This document shows, one piece after another, positions 15,975 to 23,654 of a stretch of 35,725 nucleotides of DNA (position 1 is its first letter; the number at the start of each line of letters is the position of its first letter). The position numbers and the translations under genes were made by a program. The notes below the pieces were generated by a model. That model searched no databases. It was given only the letters and a program-made list of their open reading frames with translations, and was not told where the DNA came from. This stretch comes from a virus. The stretch is taken from the IMG/VR virus record IMGVR_UViG_3300021057_000011, positions 1 through 35,725 of that record; one strand, written 5' to 3'.

Positions 15975-16180
15975 TCCTCTTCGTCTCCTTCTTCGAAAAT
16001 GTTCCGGCCGCAATTGTCACAGTAGACCTCCGTACCCTCTTCCAGGGTATCCACCATCATGCTTTCAACTTCCTCGACATAATCCTCGAAGGCATCGAGA
16101 ACCCATGTCACCCGCCGTTCTTCGGTATCGGTGCGGATAAAGCGTTGCTGTCCGGGGCAGTGGGGGCAGGTATAGCTCAT
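15971..16180 (-). CDS. Acidic Zn-ribbon protein
   Basis: YTCPHC...RF...VYCDNCG. Confidence 0.75.
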   Translation of the reverse strand: MSYTCPHCPGQQRFIRTDTEERRVTWVLDAFEDYVEEVESMMVDTLEEGTEVYCDNCGRNIFEEGDEEE

Positions 16181-16509
16181 TCTTCTTCCTCGCTTTCGTC
16201 ATCCCATTCGCCGGTTTCTTCGTAGAACTCTTTCGCCGCCAGGGCGGCCATATGCCAGGGATCGTTCGGATCCTCCTCCAGGTAGTCTCGAACCTCGCCG
16301 GGCCCATCGAGCAGAACGCAGCCGGCAGAGCAACCGAATGAAATCGTCTCGTAGTTCTCGAGGACCCCTTCCACCCGATCCGGCTCGAGCGCACAGAGGG
16401 CGAGCGCCTGCTCCTCGGTCGCCTTCACAAGGACCTTGCCGCCTTTGGCGCGGACAAGGACATGCACCCACTCGGGATCGTTTGTACATTCGGAGCTTGG
16501 GTCCATCAT
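16177..16509 (-). CDS. Highly acidic hypothetical protein
   Basis: 110 aa; tail EETGEWDDESEEEE. Confidence 0.7.
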   Translation of the reverse strand: MMDPSSECTNDPEWVHVLVRAKGGKVLVKATEEQALALCALEPDRVEGVLENYETISFGCSAGCVLLDGPGEVRDYLEEDPNDPWHMAALAAKEFYEETGEWDDESEEEE

Positions 16510-17102
16510 CGGCAGCTCCCCACCGGCAGGATCAAATCGTCAACTCGCCGCACCCTGCATTCGATCTCCATCTGCCGGATATCCACATCTCGGAACGCGG
16601 TAGGAGACCCCGGGACAAACGGACACGTCCACTGCCCCTCACTATCCCGCATCAGAATCATGCCGGCGTGGTAAAGCCGATCATAGCCTCGGGTCAGGAC
16701 ATAGATCGGCGGCGGAGAGGGAGTTTCTGAAACCCCGACCAGGTCTCCCAGCAACTTCTCGGTCAGATCGTGATTGAATTTCTGCCGCAGCATCCCAAAG
16801 ACCTCATAGAAGCCCCAGAGACAGGCCTTGGTTCCCGGGGTAAATCGGACCGAATACGTATCGAACCCTTCGCCGCCACAAATGCGAAACTCGCCGACCT
16901 CGGTCTTCCACTCCTGTAGGGGCGCAACAACGATCATTTCGTGCGTCAGTTCACGGCCATCGCGAAAAACCAAGGTCCGCTGGATCAGATCCCCAACTTC
17001 ATTCTCTACGGCGGAAACCACCTGGGCCAAATCGAATTGCCAGGTCATCTCGATCTCATCGTCCTCGGTGTGCTTCTCGAGCACCAGGGTTTTAATGTAC
17101 AT
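16506..17102 (-). CDS. Hypothetical protein, 198 aa
   Basis: AAAGGAGG RBS. Confidence 0.75.
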   Translation of the reverse strand: MYIKTLVLEKHTEDDEIEMTWQFDLAQVVSAVENEVGDLIQRTLVFRDGRELTHEMIVVAPLQEWKTEVGEFRICGGEGFDTYSVRFTPGTKACLWGFYEVFGMLRQKFNHDLTEKLLGDLVGVSETPSPPPIYVLTRGYDRLYHAGMILMRDSEGQWTCPFVPGSPTAFRDVDIRQMEIECRVRRVDDLILPVGSCR

Positions 17103-17113
17103 ATCTATCCTCC

Positions 17114-17127
17114 TTTAAGATCTTAAA
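17114..17127. promoter_or_regulatory. Perfect 14-bp palindrome TTTAAGATCTTAAA abutting an RBS (possible operator)
   Basis: Read directly from the sequence; function inferred. Confidence 0.35.
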
Positions 17128-17147
17128 AAGCCCCGCTGGGGGGGCTT
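17125..17147 (-). terminator. Rho-independent terminator
   Basis: AAGCCCC...GGGGCTT followed by T run. Confidence 0.6.
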
Positions 17148-17179
17148 AGACAAACTAAACGATTCGATCAGCTTAAGCT

Positions 17180-17446
17180 TTAAACTTCTTTCAGACGCAG
17201 TAATTTAGCCGCCTTACCTTTTCGCCGTAATTTTTCAAGTAAAAAACGACCCTCACGCATATGGCTGAACCATCCGGCTATATACCAAGTAGCCTGGGCG
17301 AAATCATAAGCAACGACAACAAACTGTAACATGGTCTGACTGATTCGCCGACCGAGCAAAGTTTCCTCAAACATCACCCAATGCGCATGGTCGCCTGCTC
17401 CGATCGCAGACCGGTAGCCCTGTATATCTACTAAGTCTTTTCCCAT
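17180..17446 (-). CDS. Low-GC 88-aa hypothetical protein downstream of the CRISPR-like repeat
   Basis: GAGG upstream; visibly more AT-rich than flanks; basic C-terminus. Confidence 0.55.
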   Translation of the reverse strand: MGKDLVDIQGYRSAIGAGDHAHWVMFEETLLGRRISQTMLQFVVVAYDFAQATWYIAGWFSHMREGRFLLEKLRRKGKAAKLLRLKEV

Positions 17447-17453
17447 ACTACCT

Positions 17454-17482
17454 CAGTTCATTACCACGCTCGTGGGGAACAG
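17454..17482 (-). CRISPR. Solitary type I-E-like CRISPR repeat (no array)
   Basis: 29 nt CTGTTCCCCACGAGCGTGGTAATGAACTG versus I-E pattern (G/C)TGTTCCCCRCG..CGYGGGGATRAACCG; no second copy at +/-61 nt. Confidence 0.7.
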
Positions 17483-17589
17483 ACGATGCTCCCGCCACGG
17501 ATCCGAATCAGCAGCTTGAGCGACCCTTCCACCCGGGCCCGGTAAATCTTTCGCCGGACCTTCTTGGCCAGGCGGAGCAGGGAATTCAT
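17461..17589 (-). pseudogene. Truncated third AKKLRRKI-leader paralog (42 aa) ending inside the repeat
   Basis: MNSLLRLAKKVRRKIYRARVEGSLKLLIRIRGGSIV-CSPRAW*; ATGA overlap with 17586..17912. Confidence 0.55.
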
Positions 17590-17912
17590 GCCAGCACCTC
17601 GTCCTCGAGCTTCAGGATTTTCAAAAAGTCCCACAGGGCCTTCTTGGTGAAGGTCTGCCAGTGGTAGTCCCCAGGCAGGAAAAGCGCAGGCCGCCCCGAC
17701 TCAGGAATCATAAATATCAGCTCCCCCTTGCCTCCTGGCATCCACGGCTCTTCCGGGACGATGTAGGGGATGCGCCAGGACAGTCCACCGGAACGAGGAC
17801 GGACTTCTTTCCGCACCTCACCAGCGGGCAAATAACTGAAGGTTTCATCGCCGCGGCGACAGAACCAAAATTCAATTCGATGAGTGCTGTGCTGCTCAAC
17901 TGCGTTGATCAT
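17586..17912 (-). CDS. Hypothetical protein
   Basis: 108 aa, AGGAGG RBS, TATACT -10-like box upstream. Confidence 0.7.
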   Translation of the reverse strand: MINAVEQHSTHRIEFWFCRRGDETFSYLPAGEVRKEVRPRSGGLSWRIPYIVPEEPWMPGGKGELIFMIPESGRPALFLPGDYHWQTFTKKALWDFLKILKLEDEVLA

Positions 17913-17960
17913 AGGGTGCCTCCTGGGGGATCTTACTAGTATAGAAAATTTCTCCAGACC

Positions 17961-17985
17961 AAAAGCCCCTGTGTTCCAGGGGCTT
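17961..17985 (-). terminator. Rho-independent terminator after the recombinase
   Basis: AAGCCCCTG-GAACA-CAGGGGCTTTT. Confidence 0.7.
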
Positions 17986-18005
17986 GAGCAAAGTTTGTGC
18001 GGGGG

Positions 18006-19580
18006 TCAGGCGGGTATGAGAGCCCGCAAAAGCGCATAGACAGGGGTTCCTACCTGCCTGTGAGAGCGTGTGGAATGATCCAAGTAGCCGGGATGGTAGT
18101 TGGCGCTTTCCACAAATTCCAGGGCATAGGCCTCGGGGATATAAGCGAGGTGAATATCGACCGCTCCGGGGCTGATGATGAGGTGCTCGACGAGCTGTTC
18201 CAGCTGTCGGTTTTTTTGCTCGGTGGAGAAGTCGTCCCAGTGGGCCAGGACCCGCTGGGCACTCTCGACGGCAGCGGAGGTCGCGTAGGACTGGGTGCGC
18301 AGATGGGCAAGCTCGCCTTCGAGGCGGGGGATTTCCTGCTCGAGGGCTTTTTTCTGGGCCTCGAACTTCGCGTCCATCGCAGCGAAACGCTCCTCGCTCC
18401 ATTTGCCCGAGAGAAAGAGCTGGAAGGTTTTTTCCTGGTCTCTGAGGGTCTGAGCCAGGTCTTTCTTGGCGCCGGCGAGCAGGGTTTCCTTGGCCGTGAT
18501 GTGGGTCTCGAGCTGCTCAATCGGTTGGGTCAGGGCTTCCGGGGCCGCAAAGAAGGTGGTCAATCGCTGCCGGAAAATCGCTTCGAGCACGGTGAGCCGG
18601 ATCTGGGTGTGGCAGGCCCGGCAGCGGAATTTTTGGGTCTTGTGCTGCTTGCGGTCGTCGCAGTACATCTTCTTGCCGCAGTGGCATTTGACAAAGCCAC
18701 TGAAGGGGTAAACCCCTTTCTTGGACTTCGCCGGCGGGCGCTTGGTGTAGTCGGCCATCAATATATGATAGGTGGCCTGCCAGAGCTCCCGAGGGATGAT
18801 CGGCAGGGTGGTGTGGTAGAGCCACTCCGCTTCGGGCTTGGGGAGGCAGGTGCTGGTTTTCAGCCCGCGCTTGAGGGTCGAGTAATTCGCCTTGCGCCGC
18901 CCGATGCCGGTTTCGTCCAGCAGCAGGTAGCGGACCGAGGAATCGCTCCAAGCCCCGCCGCGCTGAGTTTTGTAGCCGCGGCGGTTCATCTCGGTCGCCA
19001 CCGTGCGGCAGCGGCGGTGCTCCAGAAACAGGGTGTGCAGTTCGAGCCGAATCGAGGCCGTGGGCGGATGGGGCACCAGGACCCCGTCCTGCCATTCGTA
19101 CCCAAACGGCGCTTTGCCGCCGAGGTGCTTGCCGAGCTGGGCCCGGACCTTGACACTGGCCACCATGCGTGAGCGGATGTTCTCCCAGTCCCACTCCGCC
19201 AGCACGGCGATGATGCCGTAGAGCATCCGGCCGTGGGGGGTGGAGGTATCGAGGTTCATGTCCAGGCAAATCAAGGCCGCATTTTTTTCCTGGCACAGGT
19301 CCGCGACATTCAACAGCACCTTGCGCCGGCGGGCGAGACGTTCGAGCTTGGAGAACATCAGGCCCTTGATGCGGCCGGCGGTGATATCGTCGACCATGCG
19401 CAGGTACTCCGGGTGCTCCTCGACGATCATGCCGCTGACCCCGTCGAGGACATAGACCGCGGCCACCTCGCGCTGGGAGCGCTCGGCATAGGCTTTGCAC
19501 GCAATCAAATGGTGCTCGAGGCTGTCGGAATCGGGATCATCTTTCGAGACCCGGGCCCACACGCCAACGGGAATACTCAT
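18006..19580 (-). CDS. Large serine recombinase (integrase-like), 524 aa
   Basis: WARVS catalytic Ser; SKLERLAR; LDTSTPHGR; GGKAPFGY; Zn ribbon CHCG...CRAC; coiled coil; GGAGG before MSIPVG. Confidence 0.92.
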   Translation of the reverse strand: MSIPVGVWARVSKDDPDSDSLEHHLIACKAYAERSQREVAAVYVLDGVSGMIVEEHPEYLRMVDDITAGRIKGLMFSKLERLARRRKVLLNVADLCQEKNAALICLDMNLDTSTPHGRMLYGIIAVLAEWDWENIRSRMVASVKVRAQLGKHLGGKAPFGYEWQDGVLVPHPPTASIRLELHTLFLEHRRCRTVATEMNRRGYKTQRGGAWSDSSVRYLLLDETGIGRRKANYSTLKRGLKTSTCLPKPEAEWLYHTTLPIIPRELWQATYHILMADYTKRPPAKSKKGVYPFSGFVKCHCGKKMYCDDRKQHKTQKFRCRACHTQIRLTVLEAIFRQRLTTFFAAPEALTQPIEQLETHITAKETLLAGAKKDLAQTLRDQEKTFQLFLSGKWSEERFAAMDAKFEAQKKALEQEIPRLEGELAHLRTQSYATSAAVESAQRVLAHWDDFSTEQKNRQLEQLVEHLIISPGAVDIHLAYIPEAYALEFVESANYHPGYLDHSTRSHRQVGTPVYALLRALIPA

Positions 19581-19882
19581 GGCTGCGCGTGCCTCCCTGC
19601 ATACGCATTGAGATCCGGTGTGAAGCTCGGCAGCCAACCATCGAAGGCCGCATAATCATCGGGCCCTTTGATCCAGTCGTGCCGGCTTTTATTCATCCCC
19701 ATCGGGTGCCTTCCGGGTCGGCCCTTCAATTCCCAGAATGCTTGCCAAGCATCCCCGATGTACAGGATGAACCCCACCATCTGACCCCCGGGCCAGCGCT
19801 CCTGGTCGAGCGTCAGCATGGCGTCGGGTTCCAGCCCATGCAGTTCGCAATACCGAAGGTAACGCGGGTTCCAGCTGCTCAT
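19577..19882 (-). CDS. Hypothetical phage protein
   Basis: 101 aa, GGAGG RBS, ATGA overlaps. Confidence 0.75.
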   Translation of the reverse strand: MSSWNPRYLRYCELHGLEPDAMLTLDQERWPGGQMVGFILYIGDAWQAFWELKGRPGRHPMGMNKSRHDWIKGPDDYAAFDGWLPSFTPDLNAYAGRHAQP

Positions 19883-20067
19883 GGTTGCCTCCGCAAGGCT
19901 TCGGCCGTCGTGAGGCGCAGCTGCTCCGCCCGGCGGGCGGCATCGGGCGGCCTCGAAAAGGAAATCGTCACGGTAAATCCCTCGATCTCATCGGTGATGG
20001 GGTCCGGAAGGATTAAAACCGGCGCAGGGATGGCTGTCTGTGATTCAGGGGTCTGTGAGGGTTGCAC
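19879..20067 (-). CDS. Small hypothetical protein
   Basis: 62 aa, GAGGTG RBS, GTG start. Confidence 0.55.
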   Translation of the reverse strand: MQPSQTPESQTAIPAPVLILPDPITDEIEGFTVTISFSRPPDAARRAEQLRLTTAEALRRQP

Positions 20068-20117
20068 AATCGGTCACCTCATACGGAGAAGAGATGACCC
20101 TTGGAGCAAAAAACACG

Positions 20118-20152
20118 AAAAGCCCCTGCCGGATTTTTCCAGCAAGGGCTTC
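20118..20152 (-). terminator. Rho-independent terminator
   Basis: GAAGCCCTTGC...GCAGGGGCTTTT. Confidence 0.6.
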
Positions 20153-20207
20153 TGTAAAAACAGCCCTGACTAAGGGGCTTCAGGGCTCTCGATAATGTTA
20201 GATGTCT

Positions 20208-20489
20208 CTATTCTATCACGTAGTTTGGAAACCGCCCCTTAGCCGCCTCCAGCGTGCCCCAGGTCGAGACATAATCCAGCGTCCCGCTGGCGTACTCGAT
20301 CTGGGGGTTCGTCGGCGGGCTATGGGGGTTCCACCAGACCTTGTTGGCGTCGTCCCAGTGGGCCGTGGTGTACTGGCCGGTATCCTGCCGCCTCAACAGA
20401 TAACGATCCCCCTCCTGGGCGATGATTTCGACGGTGGTCTCGGCAAGCTCCTTGCCCAGAAATTTGGTAAAGGTCACAGGTCCAAACAT
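20208..20489 (-). CDS. Hypothetical protein
   Basis: AGGAGG before MFGPVTF. Confidence 0.7.
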   Translation of the reverse strand: MFGPVTFTKFLGKELAETTVEIIAQEGDRYLLRRQDTGQYTTAHWDDANKVWWNPHSPPTNPQIEYASGTLDYVSTWGTLEAAKGRFPNYVIE

Positions 20490-20546
20490 ACACTCCTCCT
20501 GAAGATGCCCCGAAGGGCGAATCCCCACATGCATGAGGAAGGGAGA

Positions 20547-20753
20547 TTACTCCTCTTTCACAAACCAGTACCCGTCGTACTGGAACGATCCATCGACCCT
20601 GTAGCAGGCCGTGAACTCTCCCCAGCCGCTCAGGGTTTCGACCCGGGTCACCGTTTCGGCGGAGGCCTGGACGGTCTCCCAGGCCACCTTCCGGCCGGTG
20701 GGTTCGTAGCGGCCCCGATCTTCGGCCACCAACAAAGCATAGTTCTGAGACAT
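20547..20753 (-). CDS. Hypothetical protein
   Basis: 68 aa, AAGGAG RBS. Confidence 0.7.
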   Translation of the reverse strand: MSQNYALLVAEDRGRYEPTGRKVAWETVQASAETVTRVETLSGWGEFTACYRVDGSFQYDGYWFVKEE

Positions 20754-20860
20754 AGCGGTTCTCCTTTGGACAAAGTGAATCGACCCGTGAGGGCTGTAAT
20801 CCGTGATTGTGTTTCAATCCTCGGCCCGAGGGGCCGCTATGCCTGTGGCAGGCGATCCGA

Positions 20861-21211
20861 TCATACCATGGAACGGGAATACTCCTCCCGGGCATTCAGC
20901 CATTTGCCGTTTTTATAGGCCACAATGTAGCTGCAGTCCTCGAGAATGATGCTCACCACCATGCCCACGTTGAAGTGATCGAGAATGTACACCCACTTGA
21001 TCTGCCGGAAGGGCTCCTGAAAAACGGCAACGGCCTGTTCCACAACGCTGTACTGCGTTTCATTGTCGCCGGCTTCGTAAAGCATCTGGCCCCAGTAGGT
21101 GTGGTTCTCTTCATGAAGCTTGCGGCCTTGAAACGTCCGCCAGGCGCGAATCCCGTTTTGCCCCCGGCCCTCGACTTTCTCGGCCACCTCGAAAAACGTC
21201 TCTGCGCGCAT
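20861..21211 (-). CDS. Hypothetical protein
   Basis: 116 aa, AGGAGG RBS. Confidence 0.75.
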   Translation of the reverse strand: MRAETFFEVAEKVEGRGQNGIRAWRTFQGRKLHEENHTYWGQMLYEAGDNETQYSVVEQAVAVFQEPFRQIKWVYILDHFNVGMVVSIILEDCSYIVAYKNGKWLNAREEYSRSMV

Positions 21212-21285
21212 ACCATCCTCCTGTAAGTAAACGTCCCCATGGAATGGGGAAAAGAGGATCGATCAGATCGTATCATGAAACGGCG

Positions 21286-21556
21286 AAACCCTCCGGGAGG
21301 ATCTTTCGATCGCCGGAGGGCTTCAGGAGAGCGCCGAAGCGCTCAGGGGTGCTGCAGATGCGCGGGAGGAGAGTTGCCCCTCTCCCGGGGCCGGGCTGAG
21401 CCCATCCCACACGGCCGAAGCCGGGGAACAAACCGCCTGACGCACACCCTTGGCCGAAGCCACTATGCCCGCCGGAGCGGGTTTCTGCCTGCCGGGCAAC
21501 GGGTCCCGGGGTTAACCGGAAGGCCGCCGGCAGAGGAGGGAGCCATCTGCAACAAC
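21286..21556 (-). ncRNA. Candidate multi-branched structured ncRNA of unknown class
   Basis: 11-bp closing helix TGTTGCAGATG/CATCTGCAGCA; hairpins with cUUCGg (x3), cUCCGg, GCAA and GAAA loops, all on the minus strand; AT-rich promoter-like region upstream; no credible ORF. Confidence 0.65.
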
Positions 21557-21618
21557 TTCATCATAACCTAATCTTAAACGGATGCCTAGTCCCCTAGCTA
21601 AAAATTTTTGAAAAAAGT

Positions 21619-22044
21619 TTAGGGGGCACTGAAAAGGGTGGGGGTTTTGGTATCGTCCTCGAGCAATTCGAAACGACCCTCGGCGGTAGCCAGGTAGACG
21701 ACCACGGGCTTTCCCTGCGCCCGCAGCTTGCAGACCGTATCGTAGGTGCCGCGGCTTTCTTTGAGGGGCTTGTCGACGATGGCGAGGCCGGCATTGGCAT
21801 CCCGGGCGATGAAGGTGTTGCGCTTGAACCCCGCCACCTTTCCGTATTCATCCCACTTAGCCGGGTGGATAATCGGCGGCTGAAGGGACAGACTGGTCGT
21901 CAGAGGCATCGTAAAGCCATCGGCTCCTCGAGCTCCTCCAGACACCAGCTGGGTTGTCTCGGGGAAGTGCTGCTTCACCGCCCGCAGGGCCTCGACCACA
22001 TAAGTGGGAGAGACGGTGCGGGATCCGATCATGGCGAGTTTCAC
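21619..22044 (-). CDS. SLOG superfamily YspA/DUF2493-like protein
   Basis: MIGSR...VSGGARGAD...AKWDEYGKVAGFKRN...SRGT.DT.......GKPV; GTG start with GTGA overlap. Confidence 0.85.
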   Translation of the reverse strand: MKLAMIGSRTVSPTYVVEALRAVKQHFPETTQLVSGGARGADGFTMPLTTSLSLQPPIIHPAKWDEYGKVAGFKRNTFIARDANAGLAIVDKPLKESRGTYDTVCKLRAQGKPVVVYLATAEGRFELLEDDTKTPTLFSAP

Positions 22045-22286
22045 GATCGCTGCAGCTCCTTCATCTGATGTTTGTGAATGCGGGATAAATTGATCCGGTT
22101 CACGCCCAGCTCCAGAAGCCGGGCGGTTTGGTAGCGCAGCAGCCGCTGGGGATTTTTCCGGCCGCTGGCAATGGCGCTGACCGAGCAGCCGATCAGGCGG
22201 GCGAACTGGGCATCGCTCAGGCCCAAGAGCTCTTTGGTATAGAGGGCCTCGTCCCACGAGTAGGTCAATTGCAAGGGTTCACGCAT
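22041..22286 (-). CDS. Cro/XRE-like HTH protein
   Basis: LGLSDAQFARLIGCSVSAIAS. Confidence 0.6.
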   Translation of the reverse strand: MREPLQLTYSWDEALYTKELLGLSDAQFARLIGCSVSAIASGRKNPQRLLRYQTARLLELGVNRINLSRIHKHQMKELQRS

Positions 22287-22353
22287 GTAGGTATCTCCGC
22301 TGATAGGTGGATAGTCTTAGTGTACTTCGGTCAGTGGGGGAAGGGGAGAGGGG

Positions 22354-22617
22354 CTAGGTTGTCTCCTTTTCTCTGTACCAGATCCCCACCGAGACGTTCC
22401 GACAAAAGCCTTTGTGCATCGATTCGGTCTGGTGGGTACGAACGATCTCGATGGGATTCTTTTTGAGCCAGGCGTCGATCTGCTTATCGATAGGGGCGGG
22501 GCAATAACGTCGCACGACACGGCCAGGCTTGTCGGCGGTGGTGGTCTTCGTGCGCTGGTACATCTTCTGGAGGGTCTTCACATGCTGGGTGAGGGAGGCG
22601 GGGTCGAGGGGGTTCAT
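22354..22617 (-). CDS. Hypothetical protein (C-terminus weakly Cse60/DUF2758-like)
   Basis: IDKQIDAWLKKNPIEIV...VGIWYRE; family call weak. Confidence 0.55.
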   Translation of the reverse strand: MNPLDPASLTQHVKTLQKMYQRTKTTTADKPGRVVRRYCPAPIDKQIDAWLKKNPIEIVRTHQTESMHKGFCRNVSVGIWYREKETT

Positions 22618-23021
22618 TCTGCCGCCTCCGGATGAGCGTTTTCCCATGCCGCCACTTTTTGACAGATATCCGCCATATAGGACCGAACCACCGCAAGCGC
22701 ATCCCTGAACTCGTCAGCAAACTCGTAGTTGACGCCGACTTGGGCCAACGCCAACTGCCGCTGGCTGCCTTCTGTGGTAATATCCAGCAGCAAGTCCTGG
22801 AGCGCTTCAAGGGCATCATAGTTGTCCAGGGCTTGCTGGGCGGCCTCCCAGACCCCTTCGACCGCGGCTCGCTGCTCCGGGGAAACTTTGGGGGCGGGGT
22901 TGCAGACTTCCTGAAGTTTCTCCTCGGCCACCTGAAGGATCATAAGATTCTGATTGGCCCCGAGCAACGTCCGAAGGGTTTTCACTTCGGCGGCGAGCTG
23001 CTCTTTTTCCTGTTGATTCAT
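22614..23021 (-). CDS. Hypothetical helical protein
   Basis: Start MNQQEKE, ATGA overlap. Confidence 0.7.
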   Translation of the reverse strand: MNQQEKEQLAAEVKTLRTLLGANQNLMILQVAEEKLQEVCNPAPKVSPEQRAAVEGVWEAAQQALDNYDALEALQDLLLDITTEGSQRQLALAQVGVNYEFADEFRDALAVVRSYMADICQKVAAWENAHPEAAE

Positions 23022-23278
23022 TCTTCCTCGTCTCCTTCCACGATGCGAAAACCAATATCTATCTTGTCCTGGACCTCTTCGACCAGCTGATCGTAGATCC
23101 ACTCGTCTTCTTTTTCCTCGGGCACGTCGTCAGGAATGTCGAACTCGGATTCCGCTTCGTGCTCACCTTGTTCATTGATCCAGGAATACGACCAGCGCAC
23201 CTTGACAGTGCGGGACTTCTGGGCTTCCGCCTCACATTCGGCCTCGATATGGGAACGGATATAGTCAGAGGGGGGCAT
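23018..23278 (-). CDS. Highly acidic small protein
   Basis: Start MPPSDY; EFDIPDDVPEEKEDEWIYDQLVEE. Confidence 0.7.
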   Translation of the reverse strand: MPPSDYIRSHIEAECEAEAQKSRTVKVRWSYSWINEQGEHEAESEFDIPDDVPEEKEDEWIYDQLVEEVQDKIDIGFRIVEGDEEE

Positions 23279-23478
23279 CAGGTACTCTCCTTCTCGCAAT
23301 AGGTTTTTTCACGCTGCTCTTGGATCTCAATTGTGGAGTGATACTCCAGCTGATGCAGGAGCTGCTGTACTACCAGGCCGGCTTCCCGGGCGGTGGGGCC
23401 CAGGTGGATGGCTAAATGGGACTGCGCCCCGTCGCCGCAGAGATAGTACCCGTTACTGTCTTTCTGAAGTTCAGGCAT
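23278..23478 (-). CDS. Hypothetical protein
   Basis: Start MPELQKD, TAATG coupling, GGAGG RBS. Confidence 0.65.
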   Translation of the reverse strand: MPELQKDSNGYYLCGDGAQSHLAIHLGPTAREAGLVVQQLLHQLEYHSTIEIQEQREKTYCEKEST

Positions 23479-23654
23479 TATTCGTTTTCCTCCTCGTCTT
23501 TCAGTCCATGGGTTTTGACCAGCTCGCGGCAGAGGGCGAGCAGTTCCTGCCGCGCCGCTTTTTCGGCCGGCAGGATATGGGGATCCGCAAGATGGCCCCG
23601 GCAGTCTTTTAGACAATCCAGGGCCAGGCGAAAACGGAGATGAGATTCATTCAT
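23478..23654 (-). CDS. Hypothetical protein
   Basis: Start MNESHL, ATGA overlap. Confidence 0.6.
   Translation of the reverse strand: MNESHLRFRLALDCLKDCRGHLADPHILPAEKAARQELLALCRELVKTHGLKDEEENE

Noticed and set aside
17393-17543. A CRISPR array or mini-array around the solitary repeat
   Set aside because: The sequences 61 nt upstream and downstream show no repeat similarity, and the window has no cas genes.
21324-21348. Glycine riboswitch-like words on the + strand (GGAGAG, GCCGAAG, CTCAGG)
   Set aside because: The words are packed into one 25-nt hairpin without the aptamer's helices, no + strand gene follows, and the tetraloops read on the minus strand.
21403-21435. Second I-E-repeat-like word (CGGGGAACAAACCG) inside the ncRNA candidate
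   Set aside because: Length and stem do not fit a 29-nt repeat; it is better explained as part of a UUCG hairpin.
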